Shown here piece by piece: positions 39,210 to 49,105 of a DNA stretch of 64,000 bases. The position numbers were made by a program, and so were the translations under genes. Every line of letters begins with the position of its first letter. Positions within the stretch are counted from its first letter, which is position 1. Source of the DNA: an uncultured Ignavibacteria bacterium (lineage in GTDB: Bacteria; Zixibacteria; MSB-5A5; CAIYYT01); NCBI GenBank assembly GCA_964537215.1, contig CAZIBI010000011.1, positions 4,517 through 68,516 of the forward strand, in the 5' to 3' direction. The notes beneath the pieces are model-generated. The model was not told where the DNA came from and ran no database searches. It saw nothing but the letters and a program-made list of their open reading frames with translations.

Positions 39210-40484
39210 TTATGTCAACGAAACTTCGGGCAGGCGAATACGAGTGATCTTCGACACCGCCTTGGGGATGACGAGGATGACATCGTAGTCAAAGAAATTC
39301 CGGAACCAGATGCGCTCGTAGTTCGATTCGAACTCCGAGTAGTTGCGCCAGTCGTCCGAAATACAGAGACCGAAGTTAAGCGGGTTGCAATGGATGATCG
39401 TGGTTTCGTCAGCGACGTAAACGCGATAGTTGGTCGCGGTTGTGTTGGCAGCACCGAGCCCGTAGAAGTCGGTGGTGTCAAATTCCAGATGGCTGGACAC
39501 ATCCGAGACGCGGCCAGTGCGCGTCTGACCAGTCGGGATATATACGACCTTGACGCGGCGGCCGGCATGCGCCGAATTGTAACCACCGAAAGCGGTGTCG
39601 CAACGCACGCGGGTAAAGCCCGACTGCGCGGAAGCCGCATCAGCAAGAGCGCTCGGACCGCCCTTGGTCGAAATCTGCGGAATACGCAGGAAAGGAATCG
39701 AGAAGGGAGCTGTGATGCCGCGCTGTGTGAGCGCCTCAGCGGTCAAACCGGCGTACGAGGAACTCGTGTTCACATAGCCGATTTCTTCCTGCCACTTGTC
39801 GATGATGGCCGGGTTGCAGATCCAGCGAGTGGCATCGTCGCCGGAGAAGTCTTCGTCCATCAGCTCGCGCAGCTTGGCGAAGAACTTCTTGTTGAGCGGA
39901 AGGCTTAATGCGTCATAGAGCTGAGTCCCGGTGTTGGTTAACTTGAGAATGCCGTCGTTGACCGAACGCGAGTACTCGATGTCATTTGCGGGCGAAGCTG
40001 CGAGCGCCTCATCGCCGTTCATGAGGTTGTCGGCCATGTCATTAGAGACAACCGTAGCCCAGCGGGTCTTGATCATCTCGGTGACGTCGGTGATGCCATT
40101 GGCCTTGAACTGCCGGATCATCTGGCGAGTGATGGCCAGATCGGAACGTACACCGGCTGTCTTGAACGGGCGCTCGGTGAATTCCGGAGAAGTGGTCTTC
40201 TCGTAGCCCTTGTTTTCCTTTGCCGGGAAGACGGCGCGCTGCGTCCAGTCCATGACCGGCGCGTCGCCAGCCGGGCCGGCGACCGGAATAACCTGAATCG
40301 CCGCAAGCACAGAGGACTTTTGCTTGATCATGTCGATCATTTCCAGGCGCTGTTCAGGCGACAGGCTGCCTGTCAGCAGCTCGCTGGTGACAACGCTCTT
40401 CGTGATTGCCCCTTCCGGATTAAACTCGACACCTACGTCGTTGGCAATCTTCGAGAGAGCATCAATCGGATTTACCTTGCTCAT
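39210..40484 (-). CDS. Major capsid protein (424 aa)
   Basis: Its size and its position directly after the protease-scaffold gene fit a major capsid protein. Confidence 0.6.
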   Translation of the reverse strand: MSKVNPIDALSKIANDVGVEFNPEGAITKSVVTSELLTGSLSPEQRLEMIDMIKQKSSVLAAIQVIPVAGPAGDAPVMDWTQRAVFPAKENKGYEKTTSPEFTERPFKTAGVRSDLAITRQMIRQFKANGITDVTEMIKTRWATVVSNDMADNLMNGDEALAASPANDIEYSRSVNDGILKLTNTGTQLYDALSLPLNKKFFAKLRELMDEDFSGDDATRWICNPAIIDKWQEEIGYVNTSSSYAGLTAEALTQRGITAPFSIPFLRIPQISTKGGPSALADAASAQSGFTRVRCDTAFGGYNSAHAGRRVKVVYIPTGQTRTGRVSDVSSHLEFDTTDFYGLGAANTTATNYRVYVADETTIIHCNPLNFGLCISDDWRNYSEFESNYERIWFRNFFDYDVILVIPKAVSKITRIRLPEVSLT

Positions 40485-40557
40485 TATGAACCTCGTATTG
40501 TGAGACTAAATGTTTTCGGATTGTTGCCTTGCCCCGCTTTGATCCACCCGCCTGCGA

Positions 40558-41880
40558 TTAGGCGGGATTCGAGAGTTTCTCTTCCGCCAGAAGCGAAAGA
40601 CTCTTGAAGATGGCGTCCGTCGAAGACGTCTTTTTCGGCGGATCATCGGCCTTCTCGATGACAATGTTCGAGCCAAGTGATTTCTTGAGAACAGCCGAAA
40701 TGTTCTCAACCTTGGTATTGAGGTTGACCACCGCCTTGGCCATCGTCGCGGTGATCTCACCCTCCTCACCCTTGACGAGCTTGTCCAGCTTGCCGGTGAG
40801 ATCGGTGACCGACTGCTGCAGCGCGTTGAGATCGCCCGTAGCCTTCTTGACTTCGTCGAGCTTGTTGGTGATGGCCTTGTTGACGGCATCCGGTAGCGCC
40901 GCGGAGATACCATCCGCGATCATCTTGTTCAGTTGTTCCGGCGTCAATTGCATTTCGATTTCTCCTTCTTGAGGCGGCTTCGCGCCGCCGTCGTTATCCA
41001 GATTGAATTCAATTTTCTCGGGTTCTCTCTCCACACCCTTGCGCAGCTCAATGACTGACTTGGACATCTTCTCCAGGACGCCCATAATCTGAGCCATCTT
41101 GTTCCAGAACTGGTCGAGTGATTCCTTGATCGCGGCAAGCTTTTCGGCGTCGGATTTTCCGTCTTCGTACATGGCGGAGACTATTGCGGAGTAGATGGTG
41201 TCCATCATCTTGGGTAGATTGTCCCAGAACTCCTGCAGGCGCATCGCTTGGTCGAAGTCGATTGACTTGACTATCGCTTCGATGTTGTCAGCCGGAACGT
41301 AGCCCGCTTTGCGCAACAGGGAATCCAGCCCGCGCTCGACAAAGCTCTTTTCAACCGGACTGCGCTTCGCGTAGCCACCGATCGACACTCCGGTAATCTC
41401 GCCTTTGACGATCTTGTCCCAGGTGGCGTCGGTGCACTGAATGCAGATCCACCAGGCGCCCGGATAGACTTTCTCAAAGCCGTGAGCCTTGCCCAGAGCG
41501 CCGTCCTTGTCGATAGCCGACTGGACCGCATTGCCGACGTTGTCGAATATCTTGTGATCGATTCCGGTTCCGGTGCCTTTTTGGGTACCGACGGACAGGT
41601 TTGTCATGAAGGAATTGCACGCACGCTCGACCTGTTCTTCGTGAACGGCCTCACCGTCGCGGTGTGGCAGCTCCGGCACCAGCGCATAGAGCAGGACTTG
41701 CTTCTTGACAGTGTCAACTTTGGTGAACTCAAAGAAGCGTTCGACCTTTTCGTAGCCTTGAGGCGCGGTCGCAGCTGACTTCATGACTTGGATCGTTGCT
41801 TCCGGCACCATTGGCGTGCCGCAAAGCGAGACCTCGACAACCGAAATCTCTGACAGATATGCCTTGATATCTCCGGGCAT
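40558..41880 (-). CDS. Prohead protease fused to a coiled-coil scaffold domain
   Basis: The N-terminus looks like an HK97-type prohead protease (...ISVVEVSLCGTPMVPEATIQ...). The C-terminal 200 aa are coiled coil (KLDEVKKATGDLNALQQSVTDLTGKLDKLVKGEE). The start is placed at MPGDIKAY. Confidence 0.55.
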   Translation of the reverse strand: MPGDIKAYLSEISVVEVSLCGTPMVPEATIQVMKSAATAPQGYEKVERFFEFTKVDTVKKQVLLYALVPELPHRDGEAVHEEQVERACNSFMTNLSVGTQKGTGTGIDHKIFDNVGNAVQSAIDKDGALGKAHGFEKVYPGAWWICIQCTDATWDKIVKGEITGVSIGGYAKRSPVEKSFVERGLDSLLRKAGYVPADNIEAIVKSIDFDQAMRLQEFWDNLPKMMDTIYSAIVSAMYEDGKSDAEKLAAIKESLDQFWNKMAQIMGVLEKMSKSVIELRKGVEREPEKIEFNLDNDGGAKPPQEGEIEMQLTPEQLNKMIADGISAALPDAVNKAITNKLDEVKKATGDLNALQQSVTDLTGKLDKLVKGEEGEITATMAKAVVNLNTKVENISAVLKKSLGSNIVIEKADDPPKKTSSTDAIFKSLSLLAEEKLSNPA

Positions 41881-41917
41881 CTTGACTCCTGTATGACTGT
41901 GAATGGAAAGTTCCGAA

Positions 41918-42436
41918 TTAGATCTGGGCGAATCGAGGATCGTAAGTTGCGAGCTCTTCGCTCTGCTCAATCTTGGTTATCTCACCGCGTTTGATTGCAG
42001 CCAGCGCCCTTGTGAGTGCCCGCAACCCGGCAGGAATGAATCGCGCGTGGTACGCGCGGCCGGCGCTCTCACCTGGCTTCAGTAGGACGGCCTCTTGTTC
42101 ACAAATCGGGCCGGTGTCAATTCCCTCGTCGCACCAAAACCAAGTGACTCCGGAAACACGTTCGCCGGATGCAATCGAGTGTCGAATTGCGTCAGGACCG
42201 CGGCGATACGGAAGGATTGACGGGTGAAAGATCAGCGTGCCGAGTATTGGCGCGGACCATTCAGAGCGCTTGAGAATCCTGTTCAGCCGCGGCGCAAGGG
42301 CGAAACATGCCAAGTGCGGATTTGCGCATAAATGGAATCCGGCATCCCGGCAAAGCGCCAAACACTCGAGTCCGAATTTCTCACCGCCACCATAGATAAA
42401 GACATTGCTATGGACGACCTCGGCGAGCGCGCTCAT
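41918..42436 (-). CDS. Formyltransferase-domain protein (172 aa), Fmt/PurN N-terminal-domain-like
   Basis: The motifs HPSILPYRRGPDAIRHSI and GVTWFWCDEGIDTGPI resemble the Fmt SLLP and DTG motifs. The catalytic Asn position reads LIFHPS, with no Asn. The gene overlaps the upstream gene by 4 nt (ATGA). Confidence 0.5.
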   Translation of the reverse strand: MSALAEVVHSNVFIYGGGEKFGLECLALCRDAGFHLCANPHLACFALAPRLNRILKRSEWSAPILGTLIFHPSILPYRRGPDAIRHSIASGERVSGVTWFWCDEGIDTGPICEQEAVLLKPGESAGRAYHARFIPAGLRALTRALAAIKRGEITKIEQSEELATYDPRFAQI

Positions 42437-43593
42437 TGCTTCACCTCGCCATAGTAGCGGAATCCCTGCACAGCGCGGAAGTGACCGCCGTATCCGGAAG
42501 AGGGGGCATCAACGCGTCCTAAGCGGGCCGCCGACTTTTGTATCGAGGCGGCGCTCTTTGCCTTCGATGATCCAAAGAGCTTCGCGGAAACTTGCCGCCA
42601 CCGTTTGTCGTGGCGCAGAGCCGAGCACAAGCCAGGATGGGAAGTATGGAAGATCGTTCGTAGCTTGCGCCCTGGAATCCTGCCCTTGCCCTCGAGCTGC
42701 AGCTGGCAGATGAAATTCAGGAACCGCATACCGACGCCGGCGCCTTGCCATTCCGGCATGACGACCAATCGGCAGGCCCTTGCTTCTATTCCGTCGCCGC
42801 AATTCTTGGTTGAGACCGCCAGGTGTACGACCGGCTCACCGTCTACCGAGCCAACGTAGCACTTGGCGCCGATCATCTTCGGAATTTTCAGATAGTGATG
42901 CGGCTCAAACAAGTCCCAGTAACGCCAGTCCGTCTGCCAAACCGAGAGCTCAAACTTTGGCCGTCGCCAAAGGCCCCTCCCAGAGTACTTTCCGGTCCCG
43001 GTGTCGAACACCCAGTCGGGTTCCAGCCAGTCGATGATATCGTAATGGCATGAGAGCAGCACGCACTTGCCGACGCCGCGCTTCCACGACTTGGCAAAGG
43101 CCAGCGCTCCGAAGCGGGCGATCTGACGATCAACGACCGACGTGAATTCATCGATAACGATCGAATCCGGCCGTTCGGCAATTACCCGAGCGAGATCCGC
43201 TCGAAACTTTTCTCCGTTCGACAGAACGCGATACGGCCGCAACCAAGTCGGTACCGATCCGAGGCCGACCGATGCAAGCGCCGCAGTGACATCGTTGAAG
43301 TCGCCGCTGGCCGCGATTGCGTCGATGATCGGCTTGTTGCCCGGCCAGTCGGTAGACTGGTAAAACGCTTGCTTGCCGAGAACCTTTTCACCCAGCGAGC
43401 TCTTGCCGCTTCCACTGGGACCGACAATCAGTCCGAGTTTCCAATCTGCGTCATCTATCGGCAGATCAACTACGAGATCGAAGTTTGCTCCGGACTCGGC
43501 GTTGAAGAGTGACTTTACTCGGGCGGCCCGGTAGCTCCGGAAATTGGCGCAAGACTTGTGGACCTCAATCTTCATGTGGTCACCACCTTGCAC
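42433..43593 (-). CDS. ABC-type ATPase domain fused to a C-terminal GNAT-like domain (386 aa)
   Basis: ABC hallmarks are present: Walker A GPSGSGKSSL, the signature LSNGEKFRADLARVI, Walker B / D-loop DSIVIDEFTSVVD and an H-loop LSCHY. The C-terminal sequence RLVVMPEWQGAGVGMRFLNFI resembles GNAT motif A. Confidence 0.5.
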   Translation of the reverse strand: MQGGDHMKIEVHKSCANFRSYRAARVKSLFNAESGANFDLVVDLPIDDADWKLGLIVGPSGSGKSSLGEKVLGKQAFYQSTDWPGNKPIIDAIAASGDFNDVTAALASVGLGSVPTWLRPYRVLSNGEKFRADLARVIAERPDSIVIDEFTSVVDRQIARFGALAFAKSWKRGVGKCVLLSCHYDIIDWLEPDWVFDTGTGKYSGRGLWRRPKFELSVWQTDWRYWDLFEPHHYLKIPKMIGAKCYVGSVDGEPVVHLAVSTKNCGDGIEARACRLVVMPEWQGAGVGMRFLNFICQLQLEGKGRIPGRKLRTIFHTSHPGLCSALRHDKRWRQVSAKLFGSSKAKSAASIQKSAARLGRVDAPSSGYGGHFRAVQGFRYYGEVKQ

Positions 43594-44132
43594 TGGTAAC
43601 CTTGCTTGGTCAGCTTCGCATAGACCGCGGACTGCTCTTTCTCATTTGCGCAGGTGACAATGACGCCGAACTGTTCCCGATAGTTGTTCTCGTCGGGGAT
43701 TGGCGCCGCAAGGTCTGACAGATCGGCGGAGCCGATTTGCTTGGCGAGAGCCTTCAGGTCCTCGTCGCCAAAGCCGAGGTCTAATGCCGTGATGTCGAGC
43801 GATTGAGTGATGCTCTCTATCTGCTGTAGCAGCTGGGCTTCATCCCAGCTCGACAGCTCGCCGGTTCGATTGTCGGCGATAGCGAACGCCTTCGCCAAGG
43901 TGCCCTTCAGTTCCGTGCGGACAACGTCAACCGTCTTCCAGCCGAGTTCGCGGGCAGCGGCAACGGTACCGTTGCCGGCGATTACGAAATTCTTTGCATC
44001 GACGACGACCGGTTTCTGTTGCCCGTATCTCGTCAGCGAATCCTTGATTGCAGCGAGATTCTTCTCGTTATGCAATCTCGGGTTGGCCGGGTGCAGCTTT
44101 AGCCGCTCCAGCCGGACACGCTCCAGCTTCAT
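43572..44132 (-). CDS. ParB/Srx-like N-terminal-domain protein (186 aa)
   Basis: The sequence VRLERLKLHPANPRLHNEKNLAAIKDSLTRYGQQKPVVVDAKNFVIAGNGTVAAARELGWKTV matches the ParB N-terminal fold. The GxRR arginine pair is replaced by GNGT. Confidence 0.5.
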   Translation of the reverse strand: MKLERVRLERLKLHPANPRLHNEKNLAAIKDSLTRYGQQKPVVVDAKNFVIAGNGTVAAARELGWKTVDVVRTELKGTLAKAFAIADNRTGELSSWDEAQLLQQIESITQSLDITALDLGFGDEDLKALAKQIGSADLSDLAAPIPDENNYREQFGVIVTCANEKEQSAVYAKLTKQGYQCKVVTT

Positions 44133-44180
44133 GGTTCACCTTCCGATAAGATTAGATATACCACACCCCAAAAGGGATAT

Positions 44181-44240
44181 GGCACAGTGGAAAGTGACAC
44201 GGTGAGCTGCTAACTTTGCGTGTCATGGGGGCACTGTGCC
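44181..44240. promoter_or_regulatory. Nested inverted repeats (outer 9-bp ggcacagtg/cactgtgcc, inner gtgacacg/cgtgtca) in the 140-bp gap between the head-morphogenesis gene and the three-gene insert
   Basis: Direct sequence inspection. This is the only sizeable intergenic gap in the head operon. Confidence 0.45.
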
Positions 44241-44274
44241 CTCCAGAAAAGTGCTTAGAATCGTTCGGCGCTTA

Positions 44275-45231
44275 CTACGCCGCTCGCCTGAAATGTCTTG
44301 AGATATCGCCCCGCATCTTGCGCATGAATGAGACAACTGTACACCGGCAACTGAAATGGAACGGCGGCAGTATCATGCCCTTATCCATTATCTGGCCAAT
44401 GTCCAGTCCTGAGATATCATCGAATGACAGCCACGGCGAAACCGCCTTGACGTCTTCCGGATTCTCGCTTGCGATCATGCGCTCGACCTGGCCGTAAGCC
44501 TTGCCGACCGGAATGATCTTGCCGTTCATCTCGCCGCAGATCGGGCAAGTGCGCTCGTCATCCATCGCAATGATTTCGAGCTCGGCGATGTCGACTTCTT
44601 TGTAGCCGCGAATCAATCCGAAATTGCGACTGCGATTCATGGCGCTGCCGGCGAGGCCCGACCAGTAGTTCTGCGGTTTGGCCGGTACGCCTGGATAGTC
44701 TTCGAAGAAATTGCTGAGCAGCTTGCCGACTTCATCGCGGCCGAGTCCCTGCTCGAGTCCGCTGGCCACCGTTTGGGAAATGGCGCCGGATATATTCTTG
44801 TCGAAGTAGTTGCCGATCCAATAGGTGTGATGGTTGGTCAACCAATTGACCGACACCTCATCGCGGAGACTGAAACTCACATCGAGCAACTGCTGACTGA
44901 GCCCAATCGCCTTGCCGTTCAGATAAGACTTGCCGAACAAGGTCAGGAGGCCTTCGCGCATATCCTTGGCCATCTTCGGGCCTGCCTCCGACCGCAGGAC
45001 TTCGATTATCACCTGGAGGTCATCCTGCGTCACCCGAGTACTGACCTCGTGGATGTACGCCATTGCGGTCTTCAACCCGCGACGCGTTGCTGCTATCCAG
45101 CCGGTATATACCAGCTCGAGCATGTCAGCCTCGTACGGAATTGTCTCGCGCTTGTTGATCGCGTCAACGGAGCGATCAATAATTTGGATTGCGAGATTGC
45201 GCTCGTCAGCGGTGAGGCAGTCAAGGCACAT
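44275..45231 (-). CDS. Head morphogenesis protein, Mu gpF / SPP1 gp7 family (318 aa)
   Basis: A C-terminal ...PPFHFSCRCTVVSF motif is present. The gene lies directly after the portal gene. Confidence 0.6.
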   Translation of the reverse strand: MCLDCLTADERNLAIQIIDRSVDAINKRETIPYEADMLELVYTGWIAATRRGLKTAMAYIHEVSTRVTQDDLQVIIEVLRSEAGPKMAKDMREGLLTLFGKSYLNGKAIGLSQQLLDVSFSLRDEVSVNWLTNHHTYWIGNYFDKNISGAISQTVASGLEQGLGRDEVGKLLSNFFEDYPGVPAKPQNYWSGLAGSAMNRSRNFGLIRGYKEVDIAELEIIAMDDERTCPICGEMNGKIIPVGKAYGQVERMIASENPEDVKAVSPWLSFDDISGLDIGQIMDKGMILPPFHFSCRCTVVSFMRKMRGDISRHFRRAA

Positions 45232-45233
45232 AA

Positions 45234-46859
45234 CTATTGCACCGCGTGCTTCTTTTCGATCGCTTTTCTTAGACCGCTTAGTCCATCGATAAGCGAACGA
45301 CCGAACGGGTCGCCACCCGATCCACCGGAACCGAATGGGTCAAACGCCGGAGCGAATTGCTGCTTGTACTCGCCGTAGAGCATGTTGCGAATCTTCTCAT
45401 CCAGCTTCGGCGGCTCCTTGCCCATCAGTGAGCAGAGGAAGTCAACAGCGTGGCCAACCGGTATCAGATCCGGAGTCTTGCTCATTGCGTCGAGGATTTC
45501 GACATTGTCGACGATGGGTAACGGCAGAGATTCGAAACGCCAGTTCCGGATTCCCATGCTCAGGCAGATCTGGTTAAACATCTCGTCATCGGCGTGGCGC
45601 AGTGGCGCAAACGCCTGCTGCTCGGAAATGACCTTGGCCTCTTTGACAGCTGCGTGACTGTAATCTGTCGACGCGCCAACCAGCGCCGGAGCGATACGAA
45701 ATTTCTTAAGGACAGCGTCGGCGTTGTTCTTGATGTAATTCTGGAAAAGCGCGTCCTGCTGCATGTATTGTGCAAGCGGCACGAACTCGATCTTGACTGG
45801 GCTGGCCTTTTCCCCACCGGAGGCATCTTCGTACTTAAAGGGCTCGGCCTGTAGAATCATCGACTTGTGGAAGTTCTGAACTCCGGCGATGTTCGTTTCG
45901 ATGAACCCCCGGATACTCTCGGAAGCATCTTCGCCGGCTTCTCCGGTAGGTAGGAAGCCGCCGGAAACGAGAATCGCAAACTGCGGTATGCCCTTGTTAT
46001 CGAAGTAGAGATAGTTGACGTCCTTGGCGAGCTTGGCGCCAACGATGTTGATTATCTCACTGACCCAGGGCGCTTCACCGTAAGGCGAATTGTTCGAAGG
46101 GTAGCAATCGAAGATAAGCTCGGTCGCTTCGAGATTGAGCGGCCAGCGGCTGTCGCCCTTGCCGAACTCTCCCGTCAGCTTGTTGAGGCTGCGCGGATCC
46201 CCGAATGACTTAAACCAAACTTTCTTGTTTCCGATTTGCTGGCAGAACTTCCGGAAGCGAGTGACGCTGGTCTTCTCTTCCCAGCTGCCGTCATCCATCC
46301 GGACCGCATAGTTAACCTCGATGTCCGTTGTGTCCGGCTTGCTCATGCGGACGGTCTTGGCCGGCACGCGATAGAGCTCTACAGGATCGCCGATAAAATT
46401 GCGGACAATCTCGGTGCAGCGATAGCCGGTATAGCTTTTGTCCATCCGCAGCTCCGCGCGAAACTTGCGCAAAGACTGATGCGGATTGGGCTGCCGGAAG
46501 AGAAGCTCGACGCGCTTGAGATCGGCCAGGTCGGCGGCGCCTGGGTTTTGATCGGGGTTCGCCCTGGGCGCCTGAAACTTGATCGCGTAACCGGTGTAGT
46601 CGACGTTGACCGTCAGGGCTTCAACGCATTGCGAGATCGTATCGGAGTTGAATGAGAATGTGCAGAGCGTAGCCGGATCAAACATCGGCCGCAAGAGTTC
46701 ATTCTTGCCATAGCTCTGTTCGAAGCCGTCGATGATGTTGGACTGCGGCCCCGTCATCGCCTTTTCGACGATGGACGACATCATGCGCGGCTGTATGAAC
46801 TTCAGCCCGGCTTGTTTGTCCTTGGTGACAATCCTCGACGTCGCTACAACTTCGCCCAT
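45234..46859 (-). CDS. Portal protein (541 aa)
   Basis: Its size and its position between TerL and the Mu F-like gene fit a portal protein. Confidence 0.6.
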   Translation of the reverse strand: MGEVVATSRIVTKDKQAGLKFIQPRMMSSIVEKAMTGPQSNIIDGFEQSYGKNELLRPMFDPATLCTFSFNSDTISQCVEALTVNVDYTGYAIKFQAPRANPDQNPGAADLADLKRVELLFRQPNPHQSLRKFRAELRMDKSYTGYRCTEIVRNFIGDPVELYRVPAKTVRMSKPDTTDIEVNYAVRMDDGSWEEKTSVTRFRKFCQQIGNKKVWFKSFGDPRSLNKLTGEFGKGDSRWPLNLEATELIFDCYPSNNSPYGEAPWVSEIINIVGAKLAKDVNYLYFDNKGIPQFAILVSGGFLPTGEAGEDASESIRGFIETNIAGVQNFHKSMILQAEPFKYEDASGGEKASPVKIEFVPLAQYMQQDALFQNYIKNNADAVLKKFRIAPALVGASTDYSHAAVKEAKVISEQQAFAPLRHADDEMFNQICLSMGIRNWRFESLPLPIVDNVEILDAMSKTPDLIPVGHAVDFLCSLMGKEPPKLDEKIRNMLYGEYKQQFAPAFDPFGSGGSGGDPFGRSLIDGLSGLRKAIEKKHAVQ

Positions 46860-46872
46860 GATTTCCTATTTC

Positions 46873-48516
46873 TTAGATTAGAGTGATGCCGGCAGGCTGC
46901 TTTCGGATCTTTCTCTTCGCCGTCGGCTGCGTTGCCACATCCACGGGCACCGTTGGTTCTGTCCTCACCTTTGCCTGAGACACATGTCCGACTCGCTCCA
47001 GGTATCTCAAGAACCACTGAACACCCCGCTCGGTGATCCAAGCTGCCGAGAGCTGGTCGTCGTGATCACAGGCCGTCGGATCGTGAAGCTCTTCGATCAG
47101 ATTGTCAGTGATTTCCTTATCTTCGGGAGTCTTGTACGGGAAATGGATTTGGCGGTTCTCACAGAGCACCGAGAGCGATGGATAGCCTGCGAATGGATCG
47201 TACTTATTGCCGCCGGTGTAGTGCTTTTTGATCGGGACGCCGGTCTCTTCTCTGATATGCCAGCTGTAGATTTCACCGAAGGCATTTTCTTCGAAGAACA
47301 TCCGGTTCGGGCGATGAAGTCGGCACTGGTTGACGATCGTGCTCTTGACTGTCTTCGGCGACATTCCGCGATCGCGGAAGAGATCCAGCAGATACCGATG
47401 TTCGTTTTCCGCGATGCCCCAGGTCATATTGACAAAGAAATCGGTGTCGTTTTTCTCGGCCCGCTTCTTGTCAGTAACTAAGGCCGGGTCGCACCCGGAA
47501 ATGATGCCAAGGAATTTCTTCCGGTCGTACTCGCGGTAGCTAATTGTATCATCGCAGCACGCCTTGAGGTCGTCTCGCGAGATAAGTGCGCTAACATCGT
47601 CGCTCGCCTCCTGCTGATATTTCAGGTTGAAAGCGACAGTGCCAATTTCGCGGCGCAGAGCGAGCAGTCGTTTGACCGGATATCGCTCTTCGGTGAGTGC
47701 CTTGCCCGGAAACTTTAGGTCAATTTCGACGCGCCACTTACTGCGGTCGCCGAATTCATTGACCTCATGCCGCGGCAGCTCGACGATGCGGTAATGCTCT
47801 GGCCCCGGATCCTCGACCAGCGCCTTGCTGATAATCATGTGGTAGTCGGCAAGGCCCGCAAGGTACGCGTAGATGTCCTTGGGGTGCTGCTTATTGGCGA
47901 GCACCAACAAACGGCCGCCCGGTACCAAACGCGTACGAATCGCGTTCTGGAACATGTGGACGTGGAACTTCCGCGTCTTCTCGCTTCTGACGTTGAGATC
48001 GTTCTGGATGTCATCCAGAAGGATCAAGTCATAGTGCTTCCCGTAGAAGCGCTTCGAGTCCATGCCGTAGGCCTCGAAGGTGCGCTCTTTCGCATTGAGG
48101 TCGCGGCGAACTTGGAAGCGACGATCCGACCAATACTTCGCAGTCCTAAACGGTCCGAAGTCCTCGATGATTCTATCGTTCTCGAGGTCTTGGCGGAGCA
48201 CCGAGCCGGAGGCCTCCGAAAGGTCGCCGGTCGATGAAATATAGCAAATGCGGATGTTGCGATTGAATGTTATCGACCGCAGCGGAACAAGCCGCGCGAT
48301 AACTTCGGTCTTGCCGGAATCCGGCGGGCCGACGATGCCACCCTTGGTGATCTCGCGCAGTTCTTCGAACCACGCCTTTTGACACGCCCAGAGATTTAAG
48401 TCAAGATAGTACGCCGCATAGAATTTGATCGACTTCGCGGCAAGCTTGCGCCTCGCTGTCGGGGTGCTTGCACCCAAATCTCTAAGTGCGGCATTGATCT
48501 CACTTGGGCTTATCAC
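46873..48516 (-). CDS. Terminase large subunit (547 aa)
   Basis: An N-terminal P-loop (GIVGPPDSGKTEV) and a C-terminal nuclease-like region (DTDFFVNMTWGIAE) are present. The gene lies between the TerS-like and portal genes. Confidence 0.75.
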   Translation of the reverse strand: MISPSEINAALRDLGASTPTARRKLAAKSIKFYAAYYLDLNLWACQKAWFEELREITKGGIVGPPDSGKTEVIARLVPLRSITFNRNIRICYISSTGDLSEASGSVLRQDLENDRIIEDFGPFRTAKYWSDRRFQVRRDLNAKERTFEAYGMDSKRFYGKHYDLILLDDIQNDLNVRSEKTRKFHVHMFQNAIRTRLVPGGRLLVLANKQHPKDIYAYLAGLADYHMIISKALVEDPGPEHYRIVELPRHEVNEFGDRSKWRVEIDLKFPGKALTEERYPVKRLLALRREIGTVAFNLKYQQEASDDVSALISRDDLKACCDDTISYREYDRKKFLGIISGCDPALVTDKKRAEKNDTDFFVNMTWGIAENEHRYLLDLFRDRGMSPKTVKSTIVNQCRLHRPNRMFFEENAFGEIYSWHIREETGVPIKKHYTGGNKYDPFAGYPSLSVLCENRQIHFPYKTPEDKEITDNLIEELHDPTACDHDDQLSAAWITERGVQWFLRYLERVGHVSQAKVRTEPTVPVDVATQPTAKRKIRKQPAGITLI

Positions 48517-49105
48517 CGCGACGCTGCTTGATTATGTCATCGGCGATCGTGTCGCCGAGTTCCTCGAGGTTGACCTGCGCAACCTGTTCGAGCTTGTCGA
48601 GTATGGCCGCAACGCGATCCGTCTTCTGTTCCGTGGGCTCCGGTGTGTCGAGCGGAATCTCCGGAGTCACCATGTCGAGCAACTCCATTTTTGTTTTTAC
48701 CAGCTCGCGGTAATCTTTGAGGTCGCCCTTAATGCCCCTTACTTTGCCAGTACCCTGGCAGGCCTCGCAATTCCCGCCGGCAACTTTGCCGGTAGCGCTG
48801 CAGTTCGGACATGGCCGCGGATACTTCGCTTCGAGGACGATGTTGTTCACGACGCCGGCGATGAAGGTATTGGTCTCCATCAGCTGGTTGGCCATCGAAT
48901 ACGATGCCCGGTTATCAGCAATCCTTTGTGCCTTTTGCCGGCGCTCTTCTATGCGCTCATCCCAACGGTCCCGCTTCTTGATCCGCGAGATCGTAACCTC
49001 TGAAATCCCGAAGGTCCGACTAAGTTGAGCAAAAGGCGTGTCCTGCTCGTAGAGCTTGAACATCGCAACGGCGATGTCTTTCGTTACTTTGCGTTGGACT
49101 GGCAT
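48500..49105 (-). CDS. Putative terminase small subunit / HTH DNA-binding protein with an internal zinc ribbon (201 aa)
   Basis: The N-terminus has an HTH (FAQLSRTFGISEVTISRIKK). A CPNC...CEAC ribbon follows. It is the first gene after the late intergenic region and overlaps terL. Confidence 0.5.
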   Translation of the reverse strand: MPVQRKVTKDIAVAMFKLYEQDTPFAQLSRTFGISEVTISRIKKRDRWDERIEERRQKAQRIADNRASYSMANQLMETNTFIAGVVNNIVLEAKYPRPCPNCSATGKVAGGNCEACQGTGKVRGIKGDLKDYRELVKTKMELLDMVTPEIPLDTPEPTEQKTDRVAAILDKLEQVAQVNLEELGDTIADDIIKQRRGDKPK

